NCBI GenBank assembly: GCA_973895155.1
Contig: OZ316896.1
Coordinates: forward strand, 14,191,542 to 14,255,541
Reading direction: 5' to 3'
Source: Marsupella aquatica
Taxonomy: Eukaryota > Plantae > Marchantiophyta
Length of the DNA stretch: 64,000 bases
Part shown: one piece after another, positions 1-13,780 of the stretch
Layout: each line of letters begins with the position of its first letter
Position numbering within the stretch: the first letter of the stretch is position 1
Notes under the pieces: generated by a model
What the model was told of the DNA's origin: nothing
Databases searched by the model: none
Seen by the model: only the letters and a program-made list of their open reading frames with translations
Program-made: the position numbers and the translations under genes

Positions 1-1352
1 CCTTTCTGCCAGGTAGACCTGAGCCTTGCCGATCTCTGCCCTCGGCAAGTTACAGTGCATGGTCACTCGCAAGAAATCAATCATCTCTCCGATGTGCGGG
101 TTGGTGCAGGTGTTCCGGAAGAATCCATTCTTCGTTGATGGTCCTGGAAATGACCAAAACTCCTTGTCAGGTAAGGTCTTCCTGGTATCAACCTTGGTCT
201 TATTACCCATCGGCAAGCCAAACACTTCAGCAATCACCCGGGGAGTGAGATAGAAATCCTTCCCATACACCCTCGTGGAATTGGTCTCGGGTTCCCATGA
301 TCCCACAAATTCTAACAAGTCTGAGTCCGGCACCTCCGGCTTCAGCCATGGTAATCTTACGAAGGCTTCCAAGCCGGATCCGGCCATGAAGCCTTGGTAC
401 TTCTTGGTCTGCATGGCCGTAAAGCATGCATCCTCCTCCCGTGCAAAGTGTAATTGCACTTCCTCCGGTAGGGTCGCCGCCCAGCCTTTCCAGGTGTCAT
501 CGTTTGTTGGAATGGCATTGATGGGATCAACCTCTTCCTCTTTGGCTTCTCCTCTTGTCCTGCTCGGCTGCTCTGCTAGCTTCCTAGGTGCCGCCGACCT
601 CATTCTTTTTGCCAGGGTGGCCTCATCGTCGTTGTTTCCTTTCCTCTTCATCTCGGCTGCCGTGGATGTTTCTCCTAGCAAGATTGCCTTCGTCCACCCC
701 TCCATGTTACCCTTCAACTCCCAGTGTAGGTCATTGCAGTGATTGATGGCTTCCCGGATGCCGATGATTATGTTTTCGCAAAACAGAAGGTCATCGAGCT
801 GATTGGCAGTAGGAGTCCACAAGAACTCAGCCTTGATAAGTTCTCCTCCTAAGAAAGCCGTCATCTGCAGTTCCCAGAGCCGAGCGAGCTCCTACCGTTC
901 TTGAGCTGCTCTCTCCGATTCTTCGTCCTCATAAGTCCTGACGTACTCACCTGCCCGTTCGAGCAGGCATCCCCAAAAATGTGCCGCTTGATTGATGTTG
1001 CTCATACCCTCCTTGATTGATCGTTGGTATCTATTCCCACCTCGAGTGCTTGTCTAAGCAGCTGACAGCATTTGGCCTCTCGTAGTCGTCCTTGCAAATA
1101 AGCCACTATTCCTCGCGAGTGGTTCTTACCCCTCTCCTCCTCTGGTCCCCCCTAGCCGCCGACGCTTAGTGCGCCCTAACCCTAATCGTGTTCTCTCCCC
1201 GACGTCCTTATTTCCGGCCTCGGCCCGGGTTCCATAGTCACCCTTAATTGTTTATATTTTCCTTGTGTTTGGTCCTATACTTAAGGTGTTTCCAGGGTAC
1301 ACTCCTGCTTACCATGTAAACCGGGCCTAGTGATTCCTGGCTAGGCATCACA
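1..1352 (-). mobile_element. Family-A TG...CA element, copy A1 (5' part only; runs off window), inserted in copy A2
   Basis: Near-identical to 20370-21745 and 28990-30365. Ends in the family terminus GGCTAGGCATCACA at 1352, after which the A2 ORF resumes on the opposite strand. Confidence 0.85.
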
Positions 1353-1734
1353 ACGGCTATGCAGACTCGGAAATACCAAGGTTTCATGGCCGGATCCGGC
1401 TTGGAAGCCTTCGTAAAGTTACCATGGCTGAAGCCGGAGGTGCCGGATTCAGACTTACTAGAATTCGAGGGATCATGGGAGCCCGAGACCAATTCCACAA
1501 AGGTGTATGGGAAGGATTTCCATCTCACTCCTTGGGTGATTGCCAAAGTGTTTGGCTTGCCGATGGGCAATAAGACCAAAGTAGATACCAGGAAGACCTT
1601 GCCAGACAAGGAGTTCCGGTCGTTTCCAGGGCCATCAACAAAGAATGGCTTCTTCCGAAACACCTGCACCAACCCGCACATAGGAGAAATGATTGATTTC
1701 TTGCGGATAACCATGCATTGTAACTTGCCAAGGG

Positions 1735-4700
1735 TGTGACACGGGTAATGTGTCACTTAACCGAACCCAGGTCGTAGATTAGGTCTTCTACGGACGTTAG
1801 GACCGTAGCCGTAGCGTAGAATAGCACGTATAGCCGTCCGTTGCCATTATGAATAGATTAGGAGTAGGTTAAGATGACCGAATAATTACGAGTTCAGGAA
1901 GAGGATTATTACACGCGACCGAGGTACGGTGGCGACAGCAGAGTAAAAATCAGTTAGAAGTCACGCTTGGACCAAGGCGCCGACTTCAGCTCATTCAATG
2001 ACCAAAACGGCCTGGCCTTCTCACGCTCGGGCTCATCCTGGCACCTCCATAAGAGAGGAGCCGATGGCGCTGCGGGCCATTTGCTCATTTCCACCTTTTT
2101 GGAATTCGCGGATGTTGCCATCCACTCGCCTTTCTGATTGAATCAAGTCGACCTTTACAAGGAGATTATCGAGGGATAAGAGCGGAATGTGGCAAGATTT
2201 AGTCAGGACGAGCGAGACCTCCACAAGCAAAAGGACCAGCCGAGTGGGAACATGGACTCAACGGACCGGCCTACGAGGTTAGTATGACCCTTACAGCCTT
2301 GGGATTTTGGACCTTGTTTGGCGAGGTAGGTGCTAAGTTCTCTGAGACTTACTGGTACTCTTGTCCCGAGAAAGCCGCTTACGAACGAAGATACGCGAAG
2401 CTGGTGACCAAGGTAGCACTGGTTAATTGCAAAAGGACAGCCATCACCAGGGATTCCAGCTACAACGAGCTGCAAGACTACATCACCGAACTATATCTCA
2501 GCGAGGAAGGGCTTAGATCGGTAGCAGAGGCGATTCTTGAAGTCCCAATGAAGTTCTTTAAGTTGAAGGGCAGCCAGCGGCTTACTCAAGCAGAGTTCGA
2601 CAAGATTCTGGGGTACCTAGACCAGCAGATCGCAGCCAAAAAGTGCCAAGAAGACATCAACAGACAACGGGAAGCGGCGCATAATCTTACGTTCCTTGGG
2701 GAAAGCTCCAACGCCTTCAACTGGGATATGGCTACCCCGATACCACCAGTGCCTCAGCCGATGACCATCGGCGTACCGCCAAACCGGTCCCAAGTCCGTC
2801 CAGTGATCAACACAGAGTGTTCTTTGGGTTCCGAGCAAGTTAGTCCGCAACTCGAACAACGTTCTCGTAAGCGGCCAAGGACGACGACGGCCCCCGAATC
2901 AACAACGCAAACCAACGCCGCGCCTGCACCTACCCCGGCAAACCCCTCGGCCAACCAGAACTGACGGCCCCCGGATAACCCAAAGTCCAACTTATTACAG
3001 GTAATCTGCGTCCCCGAAGTAGTCTGGATCGTGATCAAGAAACTCGAACACGCGGACTATCTCAAGGAGCATCAGTTGGAGCAGTTCGCTCACTTGCTAT
3101 GGAGGCCGTGCGCCACCGGGCCGAAGGAGATTTGTGAGTTCATCTCCAATTTCGACACTAACGCATCGACCACCAAGGTTTTGGGGCAGGCCTTATCACT
3201 CACGGAGCATCGGTTAACGCAAATCTTCTATCTGCCAACCAGGCCGGTGCCGGTTGAACTCTGAATTTGGGATAAGGAGTATACGCCACGGCACTTCAAA
3301 CCCGAGGGTAAGACGGACAACGGATACAAGCAGGGGTCGTGCACCAACTTAATCTGCATGGAGCGTCTTAACTTCATACGGACTACCCTACACATGATTG
3401 AGCCACGATCCGAGATTTCCCTCTGCACGATCGTGCAGGTGGAACAGTACAAATGGCAGAACTGGGCCCAATTCTTTTACCGAAGATTCATGGGGGAGCT
3501 GAAGCGGGCTCAGGGTGGTATGGCTATTGGGGGGAAGACTTACTTGGGAAGCCATATCGCCATTATCCTCGCCTGGTACAAGGCACGGCGGGAGGCCAGA
3601 GGAAAGAATATGGCCACCTCAGCCCCGACTAGTATCACCCCCGCACCAGAGGAGGCAACCCCGAGCGCGCGGACTATCGTCCCTCGGGCAAACCCCGAGC
3701 CGGAAGCCCCGACTAATACTCCGCCACCTCCTCCTGTGGAAATTCCGCCGCCCCCTTCCGTCGAGCCTCCGCTACCCGCAGTACAACCACCCCCAATCCC
3801 TCCACCACCTGAAGAAACCTTCCCCTCCCCAGCGCAGACTACGGAGGAGCTTGTTGCCCCGCCCGAGGAACCATCGATACCCGAGAGGATGGAGGACTAC
3901 CAAGTAGCCCCGGGGACCATGGCTTTCGACCTGATCCAGAAGTTTAGTCAGACTATGTCTGGGGAGCTGGCGACGTACATCGGACAACAAGTCTCGGCAT
4001 ACTTTCAACCAGCCTTCTTCATGTTAGAGCACCAACCACAGATCGTAAGCCGCTTGGAAGAAGAACTCATGGCGAAGGGGAATGAGATCGGGTGCCTCCA
4101 GATGCTGGTAGAGCACCTCGAGGAGGAGGCCACTACCCACCGCGAGGAGTTAGTCCACACCGTCGAACAGACGGACGGACTAACCCAGGAGTTAAGCGGA
4201 GCGCAAGCAGATCTCAAGAAGCTGGACGACACCGTGCTTCAATTATGCTCAAAATCTTCGGCTCGGGTTACTAGCCTGACCGACCTCAACAAACAATTCT
4301 TGCAAAGAGCGCAGCAGGTGGCTAGTCTCTCTGCCAAGCGGGATAAATTGCTGGCGCAGGACCAGATCCATCGCGACTCCATTAAATAGCTCAACCTGGA
4401 GGTAGCACGGCTCCAGGCCGAGGCCGATGAAGCTGCAAACAAGGCGGAGAAGGTGGTACGGGACAACAAGGCCTTGCAGGACCGCGTTACCCTGCTCGTC
4501 CTCCAGCGGGGAAAACTTGGGCCCACCTCTGATCAAGGCGGCTCGAGGTCTCGCCCTGACAAGGGGACCAGCCCTGGTCCAACCACAGCACCCACGTAAG
4601 GGGTGGTTAGCGAAGGGTGGAAGTAGGCGCCATGCGAGGTAGTTAAGTCAGCGACATCTTTTGGTTAGGTGCAATGACAGAATGGCTGTCATCGGGGCTG

Positions 4701-5598
4701 TCATTAGGCGCCGATTAGCGGCAGTAGGAAGAATTAGGGCCGGATCAGTTAGGATCAGCCAACGTAGGATGGAGTCCATCAACGGACTAGATTTTTGTCA
4801 GTAGGCTTGGCCGCTGCCATCCCGGGTTGGCACTGTTGTCATCGACGGTCAACCAGTCAGTGCGGCACGGCCAGTAGTCAGAAGGTAGTTAGGCAGTAGG
4901 TAGTATCCCGGAAGGTAGTATCCTCCGGTTCTCTTCCGCAAACTGTAGTATTTAGGCTTCCCCTTCCGCTATGGAAGGGAGAGAAGGCTTAGTTATCTCA
5001 GCAGAAGATAGGTGAGGCACGGGGAGTCCCGGCCTGAGCAGGGTCAGAGCGCACTAACGAGTGAGAGCCAGAGTCGAGCTTGCTGGGCAAGTGCGAGGCG
5101 GGGCCTCGTAGAGACTGGGCATCGACTGCCGTTGGGCCTGTTGACCCCCTTTGAAGTCGAGTCAACCATGTAAACTGATGCTTCGCTGAGTAAATGTAGT
5201 CTTTTCCCTCTAATGTTTCCGCAAGTAACTGGTGTTGTGAGTATGCTTTGTCTGGGCAAAGGCACCATTTTAAGGGACGTACCGGGTGCGGACTAATGGT
5301 AGGGATTGCCACCCATTGTATGTCACAAGGTTCTTTTGCGTCGATGGCTTGAAAAGCCCCAAGCCGGGAGTTAGTCCGAGTCACTAACTGAGGGAGGATT
5401 CCAGCGGTGGAAGATAAAAGATACCTATGACTAGTGCGAATAGCTTAAGCGTTATACCAGTAAGTATATCGGCTTAGCCCGACTTAGGGCTAATCGGGGC
5501 CACTACACACCTCCTTGCCCGAACCCTCACCCCTATTGGTGGTCGAGGTCGCACCATGGCACTAAACTGGATTTAAGGCCCAGGTTAGGGACGCGACA
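1735..5598 (+). mobile_element. Family-B TG...CA element, copy B1 (3864 bp)
   Basis: Termini TGTGAC...GCGACA with a 5-bp TSD AAGGG/GAGGG (1 mismatch). It splits the A2 reading frame HCNLPR|AEIGKAQ. Confidence 0.85.
2284..4599 (+). pseudogene. B1 single long ORF: Athila-ORF1/Transposase_32-like domain, Pro-rich linker, coiled coil
   Basis: ORFs 2284-2964, 3031-3264 and 3358-4389 plus a tail to 4599 share one frame, separated by in-frame stops. Motifs EFISNF..VLG..L.L.....IFYLP, HMIEPRSEIS and GGKTYLGSHI are shared with B2. Confidence 0.65.
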
Positions 5599-8500
5599 GA
5601 GGGCAGAGATCGGCAAGGCACAGGTCTATCTGGCGGAGAGGCCAGACCCAAGCCGAGACTACAACGGGTATCTCCTCATCCAACTAAAGAAGATCTTGAA
5701 GGAGGAACAACTGGTGATCGGCATGGGAAGCGTGTCCCGGCTTGGTTATCATATGCCGTTGTTGTGCCGGTATGCCCGAAGTCAGACATTTGCCCCGGTA
5801 CTACCCCTGCAGGCAAGAGCACCAGAGGAGGTTCCGGAACTGAGGCCGGCAACAGAGAAACCGACCCAGCCCGACAGTCCTACAATCGAGCACGTGTTTA
5901 GGCCGAGGAAGGAGGACTTGCCAATGCAGCAACCAGGCATGCAGAATCTGCTGAAATTGCTGGAGAAGGAAAGGAGAACGGCAACGGCAACAGGACCAGT
6001 ACAAAATACTGCTCTTGAAGTCGGCCTTAGCCAACTTACCAGGGAAAACCCCTTTACCGGGGCCAAGGAGAGAAGGAGGCCGGAACACGAGCCGGGAGTC
6101 CGAATGTATGTAGGAGCTTCAAGTCCCAAAGCCGAGGAAAAGCAGCCTGAAGCTCCTAGTCACGACAGGGAGAAGATGAGATCAACGTGGAACCCAGAGA
6201 AACCAGGACCCGTGATTTGTGAGGCCGTGTTCACGAAAGGACCAGGACAGCAGCGGGGGGAGCCGGTAGTCCAAGCCGAGGAGGAGGCGGTAGAAGGCTG
6301 CGACAATGATGACTCCGGCTACGGGTCGGACCATCATGTTCCAGGAATAAGGACCTGTGGCAGGTTCATCCCCACTCTTCCAAGAGTAGTTCGAGGGGAC
6401 CCGACCCAGTAGAGCAGCCCCAAGTCTCCCCCACCAGATGTCGCTCCCCCGAGCTTCGACAGAATAAAATAGATGGCACAAGAGTTTCAGGAACAACTCA
6501 GGGAGGAAGAAGAGGCAGCCCTGGCTAGGGAGAAGGATTTACCAGGAGGAGAATGGCCAGAGCACATCAGGCGGCTTGCAGAAAAATGAAGCAGCCCGCC
6601 AGCCACGATAGAAGAAATTTGCAAGGCGGCTTGGGAACAAAGATCGCGGCGGATGATGCCAATGACTTCTACTCACTCCGCCTATGCTAAAGAACGAGCC
6701 ATGGAGTACGGGGAGATGTGTGGGAAACTTGCGCTCGGCATCTTTGGGGAGGAGTTGGAGCAGGGACCTTTTTTCTAGAGGGAAATGTTGGAGAAGCGCC
6801 GATTAGAAGAAGCGATGGCTTTAGAGAGAAGCAAGAAGGACGAGGTCATCCATCGGCTTAGGGCAAGGGAAGCCGAGGTAGAAGACTTGAAGGCGGCCAA
6901 GAAAGCCCAAGATGAGCTGCGGATTAAGCGGCAGGAGCTCAACATCATGCAAGGGCAATTGGATACCACGCAGTTTGATAATCAGATTATCAAGGATATG
7001 ACTCGGACCCAAGGAGTGTTGGCCGATTCGATCAAGGAGAAGGAAAAGTGGAAGCAAGAGCTGAGAGACGCAGAGGAGGCCCACATGGCAGCCAACAATC
7101 GGGCCATGGCAAAAACTCAGAGAAGGGAAAGGGCGCTGAAGGGGGAACTCGAGGATATCCGCGGAGCCCTTGAGCAGAAGGAGGCCGAGTTAGGGAAATC
7201 CTATCAGGCGATTATCGTCCTGCGGCAGGAGCTCGCATCCATGACGGCCAGCTTCAAGGCCGACCTCCGCGAGAAAGACGACCAGCTCGACCAGACTTAT
7301 GCCAAGATGAATAAAATGGAGTTTGAGGTCGTTACAGAGCTCAACAAGGAGCTGAGAGCAACCCAGGAGGAGAGGACTACCTTAAAGAAGGAATTGGAGG
7401 AAGCCCAGAAGGAGCGGGAGGAGGCGCGCAAGGACTTGGATGAATTGCAGGAGGAGTTGGAGGAAAGCACGCGGAAGATGGAGAACTTACAGCGGCGAGC
7501 CGACAACCAAATGGAGCGGCTGAAGAAACAGGCCGCAGTATTTAACTGCTTGGCTTCCTCAGGTCCAACTCCAATTGGGGCAACCAAGTTACCAGGAGTA
7601 GTACTGGCCGAAGGACAAGCCAAGACACTAGCACCATTGCCGGAGGTAAGTGGCAAGGGGAAGGGGCTAGCTGCCAAACCAAAGAAGAAGAAGAAGCGGA
7701 AACCTTCTGGGTCAGGGAGTAATACGGCTCCTCAAGCCGTCGTGACCAAGGAGGTAAACCTAGCACCAACCTCAGGCAGGGTCACGACAGAGGATCCAAC
7801 TGCCCTAGAAGGCGGGGATGGCAAAGCCGAGGCTTGGATACTCGGTGATGAAGCCGGGGTACCGGATCCACCACTAGAACATGTCGGGGAGGCCGTGGCC
7901 GATGCTGAGGCCAAAGCCGAGGGTGGACCCAGTCAGGCCGATGGAGAGTTGACTCGGTCCGGAGCAGGTAATCTGTCAGAGGACGGACCTACGGTAGTGG
8001 CTGCCGGAGGAAGTGTTGGAGGCGTCCATTGAGGACCAGACACCGCTGCCATGACGGTGGTGGAGGGCCGCTCCTTTTAAGGAGGGCGGACGTGGAGGGA
8101 GGAGGCGTGAGTGGGCAGGACGGGCTCAGATCTCCAAGTTTAGAATTAGGATCATGACCAAGGGGCGGCCCTGACACTTAGCTTAGTGGGATTGCGGATC
8201 CACTGGTAAGAGCAACACTTGTGCTCTTGCCTCGCTGTACATAGGTAGATTACAGTTAGATAGATTAGGCTTATGCTGCAAGGAATTAGGCGGATCCACT
8301 ACCAGGATAAGTACCTGGGCAGCAGGGAGTTCAGGGCCTTCTTCCTTAGCAAGTTTTTAGTGCACCAGCAGGGCTGGGATCAAAGTAGTTAAAGAAGCTC
8401 TCGGTTAGTTATACTGTGACCCTCGTGTATATTCATGTTTCCTCATACCTAAGAGATGAATAGAGTTGGCCTCACGGCTTAGTTTGCAGATCTTGTATAT

Positions 8501-9258
8501 GAGAAGTACTATTTGTATGGCAAGTGCATGGTATAACTCAGTCAGAAGGAGTCATTTTGCTATTTGTGTGTCGCATTAACTTGTTTGAAGATTGCCCACA
8601 TCAACCAAGAAGGGAGTAAGCAAGGTAGTAAGAGTTGGATGTGTCGAGCTGAGAGAGGTCTTAGCGGCTTACCCAAGCCAGTTGGGGATCATTCCGGCGG
8701 CGGAATCCAAACATACCTAAAGGAAAACCGAGAGAGGAGGACAAGGGAAGGCCTAGAATAGGCCGGCTACGTATCTCATGACCCAATGAAGGATCTGTCC
8801 AGTATATGTGAGTAAAATGTTAATAGTAATAGTAGTAGAAGGAGGTTAGCAGCGTCCCATGCTGCTAAGCCGTGAAATCGGCCTCGCCAAGAGCGAAACC
8901 TGCGGGAATCGGCTTGTGCAGAGGGGTTTCTTGGGTTTAGGGAGCCATGGGATGCACCACAGCTCTGGTTAAGAGGGGAGGGGTGAAATGTTTCTTTCTC
9001 ACAACTCTTGGATTCCATCACACTCTTGAGAATAGATAGCTTAGGGTCTAGGTATCTATAGTGTGTAAATATACAAAATAATATAACTTGAATAAAAGGA
9101 TTCAAGCTTAGGGTTCTCGCTAAACTTTAAGGCTATATAGTAATTCTAGAACCCCCCGCTACAACCAAGAGTAACGCCAAACATTCAGTAGCAGTATTTG
9201 ATCATGATTATATAGTTAGATTTTATACAATATTGGCGCACCTGACACACGGCCAAAC

Positions 9259-9600
9259 TATCTCTATCTTGTTTTCCTTTTTTAATCTTAAAACAATGTA
9301 TACATGTGGGGGGGGGGGAGGTCACTTCCATGAAAGTGACATATCACATGCGATGAAATGTAAGGTCATTTAAATGGTTTGATAGGAGACTTACTAAGTT
9401 CTCAATGGAAAGATAGGGTTGTTTACTTGCATTTATCTCTATCTTGTTTTCCTTTTTAATCTTAAAACAATGTATACATGTGGGGGGGGAGGTCACTTCC
9501 ACGAAAGTGACATATCACATGGGATGAAATGTAAGGTCATTTAAATGGTTTTGATAGTAGACTTACTAAGTTCTCAATGGAAAGATAGGGTTGTTGACTT
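9259..9600. repeat. Local tandem duplication, ~175 bp x2
   Basis: TCTCTATCTTGTTTTCC...AAGATAGGG occurs twice here; the right arm has one copy (~62680-62825). Confidence 0.8.
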
Positions 9601-11890
9601 GCAAAATGCATATGTGTCATCACATGATTGACGCTGTATGACTTTATATATTGACTTAGGGGGTCATAAACAATACAAACCTTCACATGTGATGTATGGC
9701 CTTCCATATAGTGACCCCCCAGGTATACACTCACAAGTCAATGTCTCACCAAGATGCTTTGAATAGTCTTTTAACTTTACATGTCAAAATTCTTCCTAGG
9801 TTTCATCAGGCCAGGACCCCCAAAAATACTAGACTAGTTGAGCCCAAGACTTTATAATTATTGGCCTAAGTAACTTCAATTCTTTATATTGATGGGCCCG
9901 GCCAAGAAATGGCCCATAGTTGTGGTGGGGCGCCTTGTGGTCAAAACCACGCAAACTCTAGATATTAGTTGAGTCTATTGTGCCCACGTAACTTTGGTCA
10001 TTGACTTAGTATATATTGTTTGCACAACCCAAAATGACAATATTTTATGTTTAGGTACTGATAGATGGCGTGTATAAGCATTCTCCTAAGTGGCAAAAAT
10101 TTGCTGGATTCAGCCTCTGTAAAGATTCTTAGTCACTTTTTTACAAAAATATGCCAAGTTTTAGGTCTTCCATAGGGTTGTTCAGACTTTAAACAATTTT
10201 CCCCCAAATGGTAATAAAAGTTTTTTAGGACTATTGTATCTAGATTGGTTGGAGAAAAGTATTTTTGGGTGGGGGATGGAGACAAGAGCAAAAAACTCCC
10301 TTGACGTGCAACTTCTACCTCTCCTCCCCATGGACAACTCACTTTTTTCAGATTTTCTCATCAATTGTTTGCTTCAACAAATTACATAAAGTTTATGTTA
10401 CTTTTGTTGCACTCTTTTCTGTATATCATTTATAGTGTCAATTGTGTTCTGCCTGAATACCAATTCTCTTGGTGCAATGCACAAGAACTCTTATGTTTTC
10501 ATATTGCACTCTTTTTGGACCCAAATTTTTTTGTGTCCATTGCATTCTTCATTTTTGCATGCAACTTCCACCTCTCCTCCCTCCCCTACCACTCATGCTT
10601 TGAATTATGTTCAGCAAATTAATCCTTTCTGCATGCACTCTTCCCCAAAGGCTAACAACACTTTGTTACCACCATTATTTCACAACCTTTTTTTGTTCAA
10701 TAGCACTTCAGTACCAAGTCAGTTACACTCAATAAGACCTAAGTTTACTTGACAACTCTATTGCAGAACAATGCTTTTGCTTATCAACAATCCTGCTTCA
10801 TAACTTCTTGGCTCGGGTAGACAAAACTTTTGCTCAACTGACTACTCTGCAAACATAAAGGCATTGAACTATAATACTATTGATTTGCATTAGTTCAACA
10901 AATTTAAAATGTCCAATTATCTCCAATATCTGACAATTTTCCACTCCACATCATCTTCACTCAACATATTTTTTTCTTGAAATTTTTTGTGCAATACACA
11001 GGCATTGGACTTGGGAAACTCATTAACACTGCAATGTGTGACTTGTGCCCAAATGCTTCCGTCTGGTCTTTACAAAATGAGTTTTGGACAACTCAATCTT
11101 GATGGTTTGATGAAACCTTGCCCACACATCCCACCTTTCCTATTTTCTAAGGTCAGGCAGATGTTTGTTTTTTCCATTGTGATATTTTACAAAACATCTT
11201 TGCCTCATCAACGTCATTTGCGGGACATCTTTTCTTCAATGATATATTTTATGCAACCACATATTTTACGCACCAACTTCTTTTCCGCAACAAAGTCATC
11301 TTTACAATGCATAGGTATTGAAAACAACAACAATGACTATATGGCCGAAATAACACATAACATGTCTCAACAACTCTCTCAGGGTTTATATTTTCTTGCC
11401 TGCGTCAAAATCTTTATCTTTGCCTTGCCTTGATATCTTTTCTTCTTGCTTTTCTTGCTCACTATTTTTTCTTTTCTTCCTGCTTTTTCTCTCCTCACTA
11501 TTTTTTCTTTATTTCACCATTGTTTATTTACCTTGAGATAGTTTTCTCACTTAGACATTTTTTCTCCAAAGTTTTTTCACTCCTTGACATATTTTTCTCA
11601 TCTCAACATTTTTTCTCTCATTTACATTTTTTTCTCATCTCAACTACTTTTTCTCTCCTTTTTCACCTTGTTATCTTCTATGCACGGGCATTGGGCTCGT
11701 CTATGTATAGCTGAGTGAGGCACTTGGTGTCAGATTTCTCACTGAGAATAATTGTGAAACACACTTAGTTGTAGTGAGTGAGCTTTGCCCGTGAGAGCAC
11801 ATTGTTCAAGTGCTCTCGGATTTGATCGTGGAAGTGCTATACAAAGACGATTTTCCTCGACTACACGCATCGCCCCCGAGAACGTACAGG

Positions 11891-12067
11891 ATGGGGTGTG
11901 GTTCGAGCAAGCCTGATTCAGGAGGTGGTGGAGGAGGAGGTGGAGGAGGTGGAAATTGTGGAGGAGGTGGTGGAAATTGTGGAGGAGGCTCGAAGTGGGG
12001 TGTGGGTCCTGGTGGAGGTGGAGGTGGGGCTGGATACGGTGGCGGATTCGGTGGCGGTGGTGGCTAG
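11891..12067 (+). CDS. 58-aa glycine-rich small protein with putative N-myristoylation/S-acylation N-terminus (MGCGSSK)
   Basis: ATG at 11891. The frame, the N-terminus and the C-terminal 25 aa are conserved in the paralog at 55698-55871. Confidence 0.7.
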   Translation: MGCGSSKPDSGGGGGGGGGGGNCGGGGGNCGGGSKWGVGPGGGGGGAGYGGGFGGGGG

Positions 12068-13428
12068 ATTTTGATAAGATTGTTATGAAAGCTCATCGAT
12101 CGATCATAGTATCAGAATTATGTAGCTCAGGCCAATTGCATATACGTTGCTTTCAACGTACTCGGAAATGCAACAGTCAGTCTTTCTTCGATCATGGGGA
12201 GTCGTAGTTCGGTAGGCACAACGCTTCCAAATTCGACTTGTATCAAGCTGTCAATACAGTCGTCAATCCACTTTAGTTGGATTCATGTTGAGAATGTCCT
12301 CGTTCCATCTTCGTTTTTGATGGAGCTATATATGTTCCGATCGATCGAGCGCAGATGATTAGCATGTTCTCTGATAGGCGTACATAACACTCCATACGAT
12401 GTAAGAAATATAGCCCCTCGTCATGAGCTAGAAACTGGGGAAAATTTTGTGTATATTTGTACTGTACCACAGAGTATAATATAGCATCGCTCTTACGCGA
12501 TGTGAAACTGCTCATCAAATTGTAACCTGCATCTATGGAGATCTTACCGAGTGGAACCCGGATCATTCGAATTCCAAGCTAAGATCGATCGATCAATCGA
12601 CAGGTTTGCCGTGCTACTTCTGTGTGGACAGTAAGAAGTCAGGGATCACTTTGCAGCTCACTCTGCACACCGAAGTGAGATACCAGCATTTGACCGTGCA
12701 ATTAATGCATACATGTCAGACTGTCTCAAGTTCTCTCATCCAGCATGTTTCAATTGCAACTGCCAGTCAGCATAGATTCCGAGATTTAAAAATTTGGAAG
12801 GTTGGCATGAAATCGTAAGGCCATGTTGAGGCTCCACTCATCCATTAAGAGTCGATTTGACTTCACGATGAAATCTGTCTGTCCGAAATCCTACTCGAGG
12901 GACTAAAGTAGGCTTTAACGAATAATGCTTGAATTTTTAAATGAACTTCCTTTACGGTATAAGGGATCGAACCCAAAATATACACCGAGCGTGTCAAGTG
13001 CTTGCTGCTCGACTTATTGGATGACAGTTGGGCAACAGATAAAACTCTCGGTTTTATTGACCGAAACCGATCAAGGCACCGAAATTCAAGTGCTAAATTC
13101 AGACGCTAAGTGGGTGATTTCTTCACTGTGATCCAACTCTAGTGGCCGACCCATTTACATACACTCACGGGGAATACATGTGTTGAAATTGCGATCTTCA
13201 GGCTACTCTTGTTGTACAGTTCAACTGTATCCCGCTAGTTGCGGTGCATTTCCGTTTCCTATGCGGCGCCGCTTTGCCATGCTCTTTGCCTGGCGCTCCG
13301 AGTTCTTACGTGCTCTTCGCTTAGTTGCATTTATCTTAGTCACCGTAGATAGTTTTCCCAACAACGTGGTACTCTGCTAATGGAATATATATTAAGAAAC
13401 AGAAGATTCAGAGCCAACATCGTGAGTG

Positions 13429-13780
13429 TTTTTTTTTTTTTTCCTTGAAAACCGAAAGCAGGCCCATCCAACAGAGGATAGACGTCTGGCTTTGGAGCAT
13501 GCATTTCTATGTAGGGCAGCCAAGACAATACCCAGGGAATGCATTTCTATGTAGGGCAGTCAAAAACAATACCCAGGGATCCGAATGGGACCCAGACCAG
13601 GAGGGAGAGAGGATTAAACCAGAACCCAAGTGGGCAACCAGGGCTGAGGAGATAATCAATACTCCCACCACTACACCCCACCCACACACACACACATACC
13701 CTCCACACCCCTTATGTGTGGAGGGAAGATTGAACCTGGGACCTCTCAGTTCTAGGCTCATCCTTTGGCCAACTGATCAA
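13429..13780 (-). mobile_element. tRNA-type SINE
   Basis: TSD of 17 bp or more (AGCCAACATCGTGAGTG at 13412 and 13781), poly(A) tail seen as a T-run at 13429, B-box-like GGTTCAATC on the minus strand, and an empty site in the right arm (~54345-54366). Confidence 0.8.

Larger units (their letters stand above)
1353..8961 (+). mobile_element. Family-A element, copy A2 (3' part), interrupted by A1 and B1
   Basis: ORF fragments 1359-1734, 5599-6412 and 6785-8032 match A3/A4. Ends GGGATGCACCACA at 8961; the following host sequence matches the uninterrupted site near 63110 in the other duplication arm. Confidence 0.85.

Noticed and set aside
26-742. Recurrent + strand ORFs (MPISALGK..., MELVSGSH...) and their equivalents in A3/A4
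   Set aside because: Antisense shadows of the family-A ORF; they recur only because the DNA is repeated.
6785-8032. SMC/myosin-like host gene
   Set aside because: Generic coiled coil that forms the C-terminal part of the element ORF.
13720-13780. tRNA gene
   Set aside because: Only box-like motifs and no cloverleaf; it is the head of a TSD-flanked poly(A) SINE.
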